Under the pieces are notes generated by a model, which worked only from the letters and a program-made list of their open reading frames with translations, was not told the origin of the DNA and searched no databases. Position numbers and translations under genes: made by a program. From Calditrichia bacterium (GTDB lineage: Bacteria; Calditrichota; Calditrichia; JAJRVZ01), in NCBI GenBank assembly GCA_963796965.1, contig CAWCNS010000004.1, forward strand, positions 544,001 through 608,000: DNA of 64,000 nucleotides, written 5' to 3'. The first letter of the stretch is position 1. The number at the start of each line of letters is the position of its first letter. This document shows, piece by piece, positions 23,786 to 33,570 of the stretch.

Positions 23786-25063
23786 GTGGCCATTATGTCA
23801 AATGGAAGAGAGAGAATGCATCCGAAAATGAAATTAAGTTGTCGTTTTGTGTTGTTATTAGCAGTGATCTCAATTGCGAGTATTCGATGTGTCAATGAAT
23901 CTGACAGCAATCTCATTCGCAGATCGGATTCATTGCCGGAAACGACGCCTTGGGATTTGGAAGAATTAAGCAAAGCACCAGAGTTTGTATGGGATGAAGG
24001 CACGAATGTCCGTTCGTTATATTACGAGGGTATGCCGTACATGGGCAAGACGACTCGCGTATTCGCCTACTATGCAACTCCGGGCACATTATCGGATGAT
24101 CCGGCAAAGGACAAAAATCTTCCGGCCATTGTTCTTGTACACGGTGGAGGTGGAACGGCATTTCATGAATGGGTTAAACTCTGGGCTGAACGTGGTTACG
24201 CAGCAATCGCTATGGATTTAGCAGGTTACGGCCCAAACAGAGAAAGACTAACGGATGGCGGGCCGAATCAGCATGATAATACAAAATTCGGAGAAATTGA
24301 AGAGCCGCTTTCGGATCAATGGACTTTTCATGCTGTGGCAAATGTAATCATGGCCCACTCACTTGTACGCTCGTTTCCGGAAATTAACCCGAAACGAACT
24401 GCCGTCATCGGTATTAGTTGGGGCGGCTACTTGACTTGTATTGTAGCTGGATTGGACAACCGTTTTAAAGCAGCAATCCCCATTTATGGCTGTGGATTTC
24501 TCCATGAAAACAGTTATTGGCTCCACGAATTTGACAAAATGTCCGCAGAAAACAAGAACAAATGGATTCAGTTTTGGGATCCTTCCCAATATGTCGGTTC
24601 AACAACAATGCCGATATTTTTTGTCAATGGCGGAACAGACTTTGCCTATCCTCCTGACAGTCATGCCAAAACATATGAACTGGTACAATCACAAAAAAAT
24701 ATCCGCTTTGTTCCTGACATGGCGCATGGCCATATTTTTGACCGTCCTAAAGAAATCGAGGTTTTTATTGACCATTATTTGAATAATAGAGTTCCCCTTG
24801 CCAAAATTTTATCTATTGACGTTGGGGAAAAGATGGTTACGGCAAAAGTTGATAGCAAAACAAAGTTAGCATCAGCAGAGCTTCATTACACAATGGACAA
24901 TCTACCGGGAAATCCAAAAACCAGAAAGTGGCAAAAGCAATCGGCGAATATCGACCATCATGAAATAACCACCAACCCCCCGCCGGAGGACGCACGAATA
25001 TGGTTCCTAACCGTGACAGATGAACGAGGAATGGTGGTCTCGAGCAAACTCATGTTTCGGTAA
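23786..25063 (+). CDS. Alpha/beta-hydrolase (acetylxylan-esterase/PhoPQ-activated-like carbohydrate esterase); start may be 23816 or 23828
   Basis: VLVHGGGG, nucleophile elbow GISWGG, AAIPIYGCG, WDPS, NGGTDFAY and a candidate catalytic His in MAHGH. Confidence 0.8.
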   Translation: MAIMSNGRERMHPKMKLSCRFVLLLAVISIASIRCVNESDSNLIRRSDSLPETTPWDLEELSKAPEFVWDEGTNVRSLYYEGMPYMGKTTRVFAYYATPGTLSDDPAKDKNLPAIVLVHGGGGTAFHEWVKLWAERGYAAIAMDLAGYGPNRERLTDGGPNQHDNTKFGEIEEPLSDQWTFHAVANVIMAHSLVRSFPEINPKRTAVIGISWGGYLTCIVAGLDNRFKAAIPIYGCGFLHENSYWLHEFDKMSAENKNKWIQFWDPSQYVGSTTMPIFFVNGGTDFAYPPDSHAKTYELVQSQKNIRFVPDMAHGHIFDRPKEIEVFIDHYLNNRVPLAKILSIDVGEKMVTAKVDSKTKLASAELHYTMDNLPGNPKTRKWQKQSANIDHHEITTNPPPEDARIWFLTVTDERGMVVSSKLMFR

Positions 25064-25153
25064 AACCAAAAAGGCCATAAGCTAGAAATGCACCGGTAAG
25101 AATCAAGTGACCAGTAAAAAAAATATTTTGACAGGATTAACGGGATAATAATT

Positions 25154-27295
25154 ATGATGAATATGTTATTATTAATTCTTCTAATAAGTATGCAAACAAT
25201 GAAATTATTTGCCGGAGAGATTGTCCTTGAAAATAAAAATTTAAAAGCTGTTCTTAGCGAGGCCAATGGCTCACTGGAGCAACTGACAGTTAAGAAAACG
25301 GGCTGGCAGATCCAGTGTAGGCCTGAATTGGCACAATCATTTTTACTGCATGTGCCTCTTCCTAATCAGAGATTTAACCCTGTTTATGGTAAAAAGCAGA
25401 CCTTGCCTGATATGCAGCGTGTGGGTAATCAGGTGATCTTTACCTGGAAGAATCTTAAGAGTGATAAGGACGGCGTGCTCGATATTGAGTTCAAGGGTAA
25501 AATTGAATTAAATGATGATGGTCTGGTCTTTTCAGCTAAGATTAAAAACAATAGTCCAAATGTGATCGAGACGGTAAGTTGGCCTTTTTTGGGTGATCTC
25601 TCCAAACCTGCTGGATCTGATCAACTTCACCATTTAGCGATTCATTATGGTGGTTTGAAAAAACTGGAACTCTATCCAAAATTTGCGAATGATCCGGGTT
25701 ATTTTGGTATTGATTACCCTATGCATACAATATCAACCCCCTATACCCCTTTTTCATTAATTGATGAGGGCAACCAGGGACTTTATGTGGGGTATCTGGA
25801 TACAACAGCCGAACATTTGGTCAAATTTACAGCACGATTGCTACCGGGTTATACCAGTTATGAATTATGGGATACAGGGGTAAATCCTAAAACTGATCAA
25901 ATCTCAGGACAACTCGTTCATTTGGAATTTTCTCCGGTTCATTTTCCCTTCATCAATCCTGGCGAGACAGTTAATCTTCATCCAATTGTGTTGCAGCCCT
26001 ATCAGGGAACCTGGCACAAGGGCGCCGATTTTTATAAGAAATGGCGTAGCACCTGGTTTAGACCACCCACCAAACCTGAATGGCTTAGTGAAGTCCATTC
26101 CTGGCAGCAGATTCATGTGAACAACCCTGAAGACGATATACGATACAACTATAACGATTTGATCCAGATCGGTAAGGATTGTGCTAAACATGGGGTTAAA
26201 GCTATTCAGGTGACAGGCTGGACTATTGGTGGCCAGGATGAAGGCAATCCTTCTCATGATACGGATCCCAGATTGGGTACTTACGAGGACCTTGAGAAGG
26301 TCATTGCTGAAGTTCAGGGAATGGGCGTAAAAATGGTCTTATTCACCAAGTTCACCTGGGCGGATCGTACGAAAGACTGGTATCAGAAAGAACTCATTAA
26401 ATACGCAGTTAAAGATCCCTATGGCGAGCCCTGGTTTCATTCCGGATATGCCTATCAGACACCGACGCAACTGGCAGGTATCAATACACATAGATTCTCA
26501 CCCATGTGTCACCTCTCATCAGAGTGGCGGAAAATTGCCAATGAAGAATTTATTAAGCCTGTGAAACTTAATGCAGACGGTATGCTTTATGATGAGAACC
26601 AACATCACGGCGGCGCACATTATTGTTTCGACCCGGATCATGGCCATCATGTTCCGGCACATATTTTTGCCGGGGATGCCTATCTGGCGGAGGGCTTTCA
26701 TGGGATCAGTCAGGAACTAAAACCTGACTATGTTTATGCCGGGGAAGGGCATTATGATTTGGAATACCGTCATTATCATGTATCTTATTTCCGTGTGGAT
26801 CTAAACCATGTTCCTATACACCGTTACGTAGCGCCGAAAGAAGAAATGATGATCGCTATTGCCGGATACAATGATCGTAATATGATCAATCTGGCTTTGA
26901 TGAACCGTTATATATTTAGCTATGAGCCCCGCAACTTTAAGGGACGGCTTGATGAATTTCCCCTGACCATTGCGTATGGTAAAAAAGTGGATGCACTTCG
27001 AAAGCGTTATAAGGATTATTTGTGGAAAGGAATTTTTAGGCATACATTGGGAGCAAAACTAACAGCTAATGGTAAAGAATTTGAGACCTATTCGGTGTTT
27101 GAAAATCGTGAGAATGGAAAACGTGCGGTTGTGGTGGTTAATTATGATTACGATCTTTCAATAGATGTGCAAGTTAAATTGGAAAGAGAAGCGGGTGAAT
27201 TATGGACTGTAACCCCCGAAAATCAGGATCTAAAAAAATATCGGGGAAGCGTCTTGTTACCGCCTAATTCTGCGGTAGTAATTATTGAAAAATAA
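25154..27295 (+). CDS. Secreted DUF6259-like protein (beta-supersandwich plus GH36/GH-like TIM barrel)
   Basis: Signal peptide. Motifs YQGTWHKGADFYKKW, QVTGWTIGGQDEGNP, DPRLGT, ADGMLYDE, CFDPDHGH and YAGEG. Confidence 0.6.
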   Translation: MMNMLLLILLISMQTMKLFAGEIVLENKNLKAVLSEANGSLEQLTVKKTGWQIQCRPELAQSFLLHVPLPNQRFNPVYGKKQTLPDMQRVGNQVIFTWKNLKSDKDGVLDIEFKGKIELNDDGLVFSAKIKNNSPNVIETVSWPFLGDLSKPAGSDQLHHLAIHYGGLKKLELYPKFANDPGYFGIDYPMHTISTPYTPFSLIDEGNQGLYVGYLDTTAEHLVKFTARLLPGYTSYELWDTGVNPKTDQISGQLVHLEFSPVHFPFINPGETVNLHPIVLQPYQGTWHKGADFYKKWRSTWFRPPTKPEWLSEVHSWQQIHVNNPEDDIRYNYNDLIQIGKDCAKHGVKAIQVTGWTIGGQDEGNPSHDTDPRLGTYEDLEKVIAEVQGMGVKMVLFTKFTWADRTKDWYQKELIKYAVKDPYGEPWFHSGYAYQTPTQLAGINTHRFSPMCHLSSEWRKIANEEFIKPVKLNADGMLYDENQHHGGAHYCFDPDHGHHVPAHIFAGDAYLAEGFHGISQELKPDYVYAGEGHYDLEYRHYHVSYFRVDLNHVPIHRYVAPKEEMMIAIAGYNDRNMINLALMNRYIFSYEPRNFKGRLDEFPLTIAYGKKVDALRKRYKDYLWKGIFRHTLGAKLTANGKEFETYSVFENRENGKRAVVVVNYDYDLSIDVQVKLEREAGELWTVTPENQDLKKYRGSVLLPPNSAVVIIEK

Positions 27296-27306
27296 TTAAA
27301 ATTTTT

Positions 27307-27487
27307 TCCACGAATTACACGAATTTTCACAAATTAATGATTTCTAATATTTATAAAGGAAAATCAAAGATAACATATCACCCAATAAAAAGGCTGCTGC
27401 AGAATAAAAACATTATTAATATTACTCCCTTAAAATATTAGATCGAACAACCGTAAAATAATTCATGTAATTCATGTAATTCGTGGA
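27307..27487. repeat. Periodic inverted-repeat element (CACGAAT family)
   Basis: Left arm tccacgaattacacgaattttcacaaatt (27307-27335); right arm aattcatgtaattcatgtaattcgtgga (27460-27487). The outer 19 bp pair with one mismatch around an AT-rich loop of ~125 nt. Confidence 0.85.
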
Positions 27488-27512
27488 CTAAAATATTTTC
27501 AATGAGGTAAAT

Positions 27513-28796
27513 ATGAAATATTCTTTCTTTTTTATTATTGTATTGGCTTATTTTAGCTGTGCTGAGAGAGTTAATCATTCCCAGGTTCCAGTTAGAACGA
27601 TTGCTGATGGTTGGAATGCGGAAGTTGTTGCCGAGATTGATCAGAGTTATGCTGGCTGGGATGTGGAAATAGATGATGCGGACAATGATGGTGAAAACGA
27701 AATTTTAGTCACTGGTTGCCCAAATAGTCGTTTATATCTATCTAAACTTAGTAATGATCAGTGGGAAACAAGAATGCTGGCAGATAATCTGGCGGAGAGT
27801 TTTCCAGGAATAGGCTTAGCGGTTAAAGTTGTCGATCTAAACCTTGATGGAAAAAATGAATTAATCCTTGGTACGGGCCAGGAAACAGGGGGGATTGCTT
27901 TTTTTTATTTACTTGAGACCGATGGACAAAAGATAACGAAAAAGATCTTTAGCAGGCCCCAATTCAACAGTAGTTCCTACACACATAATTTTGCCGTTGC
28001 TGATCTCGACAAAGATGGCCTGTTAGAAGTTGTTTCAGCCTATTGTGGTGGAGGTGAAATCATTCGTTATGATTTTGACGATAAACTGTCAAAGATTGAT
28101 GCAAAAAAGCTTTATCAGTTATCTGCCTCTGGTGAAGAATCCATTATTGCTGATGTTGATAATGATGGGCAGGTTGAATATCTGGCCTCAAATAGTTTCA
28201 GGCGCGAAGATGCAAAAGTTGAAATTTTTGAATTTGATTCAAAGGGAAATCTCATCACGCCTGCACGCCTCATCATAGATGGTTATGATGGTAAGGGTTG
28301 TTTTTATGCTTCCTTTATGGTCGGCGATGTAGATAATAATGGTAGTAATGAATTAATTGTTGGTTGGAAGCAAGATCAACGGGTTAACAAAGGGACAGTT
28401 ATTGGATATAATGTCAGTGAAAAGGCAGAAAAGGTTTATACATTTGCATATGAAGATGAAGATCTTGATATGTCCTACTTTGAAAAAATGATGGCTGTGG
28501 CCGATGCAGACAATGATGGAAAAAATGAATTGGTTCTTTCTACCCGTGGTGATAATATGTCTGAAAAAATCACCAGTAAACATCTTGGTCATGTCTTTCA
28601 ATATATAGTTGATGAAAATGGTGAAATTAAAAAAACACTTCTGGTTAACCTGGATCCGGAAAAAGCCGAATCTTCCTGGTTGGCTGTTGGTGATGCCGAT
28701 AATGACGGAAATAACGAGATCGTACTGGCGACGGGTAAAGGCGACCGGACAAAAAGAGGCAAATCCTATATTTTACTGGTTAGCAGCAACAAATGA
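27513..28796 (+). CDS. FG-GAP/VCBS repeat beta-propeller lipoprotein
   Basis: Lipobox YFSC and seven DxDxDGxxE(I/L) repeats (DADNDGENEI, DLNLDGKNEL, DLDKDGLLEV and others). Confidence 0.85.
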   Translation: MKYSFFFIIVLAYFSCAERVNHSQVPVRTIADGWNAEVVAEIDQSYAGWDVEIDDADNDGENEILVTGCPNSRLYLSKLSNDQWETRMLADNLAESFPGIGLAVKVVDLNLDGKNELILGTGQETGGIAFFYLLETDGQKITKKIFSRPQFNSSSYTHNFAVADLDKDGLLEVVSAYCGGGEIIRYDFDDKLSKIDAKKLYQLSASGEESIIADVDNDGQVEYLASNSFRREDAKVEIFEFDSKGNLITPARLIIDGYDGKGCFYASFMVGDVDNNGSNELIVGWKQDQRVNKGTVIGYNVSEKAEKVYTFAYEDEDLDMSYFEKMMAVADADNDGKNELVLSTRGDNMSEKITSKHLGHVFQYIVDENGEIKKTLLVNLDPEKAESSWLAVGDADNDGNNEIVLATGKGDRTKRGKSYILLVSSNK

Positions 28797-28950
28797 AACT
28801 ATGGGGATTGATAGGCAAACCACGGATTGAATAATATTGCTCAATATTAATATTTAACGTTCAATTGTGAAATGTATATGGCCAATTATCAATGAACAAA
28901 TGTCATTGTAAATGCATCTTTCATGATAAATTTTTATAGAAAGGAAAATC

Positions 28951-30177
28951 GTGATGCGTATATACAAATTATTCATGACTGGAATTTTGATGATTGTTTT
29001 AATTCTGCCCTCGATCTTTGGCTGCAGCGGTGAATCAGATTCAAAGGCTATTGAAAACGAAAAAATAATTACAGCAAATCTGATATCTGTCGCAAGTATT
29101 GAAAACGGCGAGTTGAGTGTTGCCGGTGAAGGTGATGATAAAATTCAAATACTTAAAGTATGGGGCACACCCTATGAAATGGGAAAAGCGCATGGTGTGC
29201 TGTTGAAAAAAGAAATAAATGAACATGTACCAAATCTTATTCGCCTGATGTCAGAAAAAAGCGGTCAGCCGGTATCCGTTCTTGACAATGTGTATGAAGC
29301 AACGAAGCCATTTATAGCAGACTATTTTATTGAAGAACTGCAGGGTTTGGCAGATGGCAGCGGATTATCGCTTCAGGATATCATCCGTGCTAATCTGATC
29401 GGAGAAGCAAGTGAATGGCATTGTAGCCTGTTCGGTGCCTGGGGCAAAGCGACCGCTGCCGATGGCCATCTCTACCAGTTACGTGCGCTCGATTATGAAG
29501 TTAAATCTAATATTCAGAAATATCCTGTGATTGTTGTATATTATCCTAATAACGGTCATCCCTTTGCCAATATTACCTGGAGCGGAGTTGTCGGTTGTAT
29601 TTCCGGAATCAGTTCAGAACGACTGGCGATCAGCGAAATTGGAGATGACTACGACAAAGAAAACGATACCTTTGCCGGTATTCCTTTTATGTTTCTGTTG
29701 CGTGACATTCTACAATTTGACATAAGCCTTGAAGAGGCGATCTCAAGAGTTAAAAAAGCATCGAGAACAACATCGCTTTTATATGGTCTCGGTGATGGTG
29801 AGTTCGGACAATTAAGAGGCCTTCAGACATCCCATACGCTCTGCAATATCTATGATCCGGATAATCTTGAACCTCTAACTCCAAAACATCAGCGGATTGA
29901 AGATATTGTCTACTGGGGTATGAGTTGGGATGTTCCGGCTTATGATGGCCCGCTGCATGACAAACTTGCCGAGCATTATGGAAAAATAAATGCAGAGGTT
30001 ACGATCAACGATATCATAACATCAGTTAAAACAGGAAACCTGCAAACGGTTGTTTATGACCTGACTGACATGAAAATCTGGGTTGCCAATGCGCGTGCTG
30101 ATGATGAGAGTGGCCCGTTACCTGCTTATAACCGCCAGTTTATCCGATTTGATATGAACCAATTGTTTAAACGATAA
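28951..30177 (+). CDS. C45 family Ntn-hydrolase (acyl-CoA:6-APA acyltransferase/ceramidase-like) lipoprotein
   Basis: Lipobox IFGC. Motifs WGTPYEMGKAHG, EELQGLADGSG and the nucleophile region HCSLFGAWGKATADG..RALD. Confidence 0.85.
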   Translation: MMRIYKLFMTGILMIVLILPSIFGCSGESDSKAIENEKIITANLISVASIENGELSVAGEGDDKIQILKVWGTPYEMGKAHGVLLKKEINEHVPNLIRLMSEKSGQPVSVLDNVYEATKPFIADYFIEELQGLADGSGLSLQDIIRANLIGEASEWHCSLFGAWGKATAADGHLYQLRALDYEVKSNIQKYPVIVVYYPNNGHPFANITWSGVVGCISGISSERLAISEIGDDYDKENDTFAGIPFMFLLRDILQFDISLEEAISRVKKASRTTSLLYGLGDGEFGQLRGLQTSHTLCNIYDPDNLEPLTPKHQRIEDIVYWGMSWDVPAYDGPLHDKLAEHYGKINAEVTINDIITSVKTGNLQTVVYDLTDMKIWVANARADDESGPLPAYNRQFIRFDMNQLFKR

Positions 30178-30203
30178 TATACTGTACCGGAAGGACTATA
30201 AAA

Positions 30204-31382
30204 ATGATCAGAAAACTAAGTACCCTGATTATCTTCCTTTTTTCCGTCTCGATCTATGCCCAACCCAATTTCCATGATGAATCCATATTTCCTATACAGG
30301 ATAAACATGTCCATTCCAGTAGTATTGTGGAAAGTGCCAATGGTGATCTGCTGGTTTGTTGGTTCCATGGTTCCGGCGAGCGATGGGCTGATGATGTGGT
30401 GGTTCAGGGATCGCGGCTGAAAAGTGGTGGCAAAAAATGGGAAGATGTTTTCATTATGGCTGATACACCGGGATTTCCTGACTGCAACCCGGTTTTGCAT
30501 ATCGATAAAGATAACCGTCTCTGGCTTTTCTGGTTGGTTGTCCAGGCCCATCGCTGGGAGCAGGGTCTTTTAAAATATCGAATTTCGAAAGACTATAATA
30601 AAAGTGGTGCCCCGGTCTGGTCGTGGCAGGATGTCATTAATCTAAAGCCCGGTGAAGAATTTGCCAAGGCCATAAAAGAAGGATTTGAAAAAAATGCAGA
30701 AGAAGCACTTTGGGCTGAATATGCGCCGACCTACACAGATTTAATCATCGAGGCAGCCAAGGATCCGGCCAAACGGCAAATTGGTTGGATGCCACGGATC
30801 CATCCTTTCGTCTTGGAGAGCGGCCGGATTTTATTGCCCATATATTCTGATGGATTTTGTCTGGGTATGGTGGCGATTAGTGATGACGATGGTAAAACCT
30901 GGCGGGCCAGTCTACCGATGGTAGGACCAGGTCTTAATCAGCCCTCCATTGTGCAAAAGAAAGATGGGACCTTGCTGGCCTATATGCGTGATGAAGGGCC
31001 TTCACCGGGAAAGGTGCTTTTAAGTACTTCAATCGATAACGGTGAGACATGGGCCTATGCCCAGGTAACCGATATACCCAATCCCAGTTCAAGCCTGGAG
31101 GTATTAAAATTAAAAGATGGCAATTGGGCGATGGTTTATAATGATATTGGTGAAGGCAGATACAGTTTAGCCGTCGCATTATCTGATGACGAAGGTAATT
31201 CCTGGAACTGGAAACGCCACCTGGCCCTCGATCCCAACAAGAAACTTTCTTTTAGCTATCCATCATTGATCCAAACCAAAGATGGCATGATCCATGTTAC
31301 CTATTCGTATCACGACGGTGAACAGAAGACCATTAAACATGCGGTGTTTAATGTCGATTGGGTGAAAGATACGAAAAGATAA
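30204..31382 (+). CDS. BNR/Asp-box sialidase-like (GH33-like) protein
   Basis: HSSSIVE..NGDLLVCWF.GSGE, CNPVL, Asp-boxes SDDDGKTW, SIDNGETW and SDDEGNSW, and FSYPSLIQ..DG.IHVTYS. Confidence 0.85.
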   Translation: MIRKLSTLIIFLFSVSIYAQPNFHDESIFPIQDKHVHSSSIVESANGDLLVCWFHGSGERWADDVVVQGSRLKSGGKKWEDVFIMADTPGFPDCNPVLHIDKDNRLWLFWLVVQAHRWEQGLLKYRISKDYNKSGAPVWSWQDVINLKPGEEFAKAIKEGFEKNAEEALWAEYAPTYTDLIIEAAKDPAKRQIGWMPRIHPFVLESGRILLPIYSDGFCLGMVAISDDDGKTWRASLPMVGPGLNQPSIVQKKDGTLLAYMRDEGPSPGKVLLSTSIDNGETWAYAQVTDIPNPSSSLEVLKLKDGNWAMVYNDIGEGRYSLAVALSDDEGNSWNWKRHLALDPNKKLSFSYPSLIQTKDGMIHVTYSYHDGEQKTIKHAVFNVDWVKDTKR

Positions 31383-31545
31383 ACACAAAGAGCACAAAGC
31401 ACGCACAAAGTTCACGAAGGATTTTTTTAGTTTTGACTTTGTATAAATCTGTTCATATAGAAAAAGAAACTTAGGTTTGGCAATTTAAACAAAAATAATA
31501 TTTTCCTTGGTGTTCTTTGAGGGTACTTTGTGTCCTTTGTGTTTA
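31380..31545. repeat. Periodic inverted-repeat element (CACAAAG family)
   Basis: Left arm taaacacaaagagcacaaagcacgcacaaagttcacgaagg (31380-31420) begins in the upstream TAA stop. Right arm ccttggtgttctttgagggtactttgtgtcctttgtgttta (31505-31545). Both arms are 41 nt. Confidence 0.9.
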
Positions 31546-31590
31546 AAAGCAGTTAAACATTAACTACATCATATTGTTTTTGGAGTAATA

Positions 31591-33316
31591 ATGATGAAAA
31601 TATTTTTTTCCCTCTTACTCATTCCAATTATTCTCTTAAGCGGATGTACCACGAATGAAGTACCAAAGCCGAAGACTCTCCTCTTTAGTCCGATCACGCC
31701 GGAATATCTACAGGCAACTGCAACCGACTGGAAAACCACCGGATTTGATGGATTTCTGCTCTCCGGTATCATGAGCAACTGGGCCGATGATATCTGGTCA
31801 ACTGATGGGGACAGCACAACCCGTGGAACCGACGACCTGACTTTTCAAAGGATAAAAGCCTGCAACAATGTCTGTCGGGAAGCGGGTATCGAAGACAACT
31901 TTATCAAGATCGCTTTTTATTCGCATGTGCCACTCTGGACAGATGAAGAGGCCTGGAAACCCATACACCAGAATTTTTATGAAGCTGCCCGTTTTGCACG
32001 CGAGAGTGGTTGCCGGGGTATTGCTCTGGATATTGAATATGTGGGTGAACAATATGATATGGATTGGGAAGGTTATGACTATTCTACTTATACTCAATGT
32101 GAGTTGCAAACGGCAGCAATTAAACGGGGCCGGGAAATCGTGGAGGCTATGCTCAGTGCCTATCCGGATATGGTTTTTCTAAAATTACCTGAAGGCATAA
32201 CCTTTTATGGCCCTCTGGCCGGTAATCTTTTTACCGGGATGGTACAGGCAATGGCTAAATCTGATGCTCCCGGTGGAATGCATATGTTGACAGAGTCTAC
32301 GTATGATATGACGAGCACATTAGGCCTTATTCATTATGCCCGTACGTTAGAATCTAAAGTCTTAAATATGTTAGATAGCAAAAGTGCCGATTACTGGAAA
32401 AAAAATTGCGGAATAGTTCTCGGTGGCTGGCCCCTCGGTTATTACCGCAAAATTTTAGATCAAAATGGTGAATTTTTGGGTTGGAGCGGACGCGAGGAAA
32501 CATTTGGTAACGAGATTGTAGGATCCTATGCTGATAAGAGCAGTCGTTTCTCAGTGGAGGAATTCCGCAATCAATACGCCGGGATTTTACTTGGCAGTAA
32601 ACGATACTGCTGGATTTATGGACATGGGGCTACCTGGTGGCAATATTCTGAAGAGGATATTCAAAAATTTGGTAAAAATAAAAATTCAGTTTTAGCTCGT
32701 TGATGAGAATCTTCCTGCCTATAAAACGGTGGTCAAAGATAAATGGCTGTCAACGGCTGCGATCCAAACAATCGCTGAAAAAATGAAAACCCAATCGGCT
32801 GACGAATTTATCTCTTCTTTTAATTTTGTCAATAAATTTATGGTCTGTGGATCCTTTGGGTGCAAAGCCTGTGAAAATTTTGGACAAATATTTCCCCCTG
32901 AAGAAAAAATTGAATTCCCGGCAAATTATACGACTAAATATGGCGAAATTAGCTGGAAAAAGATTGATATAGATCCTCAAACCGGATACCTGGACTTTCT
33001 GAAACATTTTAAACCGACTGAATGGGTATGTGCTTATGCTTATTGCAAAATAATTACAGCGAATTCTGTCAAAGCACAAATTCGTCTTGGAACAAATGAT
33101 ATGGGTGCCTTGTGGTTAAACGGTACCCAAGTACTTTCTCAGAATATTGAGCGAACTGCTGTGCTGGATGATGACATCCTGCCAGTTCAATTGCAGACTG
33201 GTGAAAATACGCTTCTAATAAAAGTCTGCAATACAGAGGGTAACTGGGGATTATATCTGCGAATTACAGATCCTGAAGGTAATGCTTTGCCAGGATTAAG
33301 TTATTGGCCCAGGTGA
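31591..33316 (+). CDS. Hypothetical TIM-barrel-like lipoprotein with a C-terminal PA14-like beta-sandwich; apparent +1 frameshift at ~32698
   Basis: RBS GGAG, lipobox LSGC. Motifs GFDGFLL, RGIALDIEY and YCWIYG. The join reads SVL./VDENLPAYKTVVKDKW. C-terminal GTNDMGALWLNG..GENTLLIKV..GNWG. Confidence 0.65.
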
Positions 33317-33343
33317 GAAAGTAATATGAATTGAAATACCTGC

Positions 33344-33496
33344 ATGATTTCAGCACATCTTGCTCTTATATTTTTTGCCCAATGTGGTCTTGGTGAGCAT
33401 GCGGATTTTGAGGTCCTCGTCGAAACGGAAGAATCTGTTTATCACTATGAACCTGCTTATATCGGAGCTTATCCGATGTGGTACCTCTTCATCTGA
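33344..33496 (+). pseudogene. Probable truncated remnant of a lipoprotein gene (50 aa)
   Basis: Translates as MISAHLALIFFAQCGLGEHADFEVLVETEESVYHYEPAYIGAYPMWYLFI*. It has a lipobox-like FAQC and coding-like GC in an otherwise AT-rich spacer. The upstream ATG 33326 is interrupted by TGA. Confidence 0.4.
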
Positions 33497-33570
33497 TATC
33501 ATAGATGTTTTAAGTGATAATGGCGCAAATAACAAGCGCTATATATGTATCAAAATAAAAGGAGAATAGT

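Noticed and set aside
27337..27441. 34-codon ORF in the loop of the CACGAAT element (MISNIYKGKS..IINITPLKY) as a GxxExxY remnant
   Set aside because: The resemblance to the family termini is only faint and from memory, no GxxExxY motif is present, and AT-rich chance ORFs are common.
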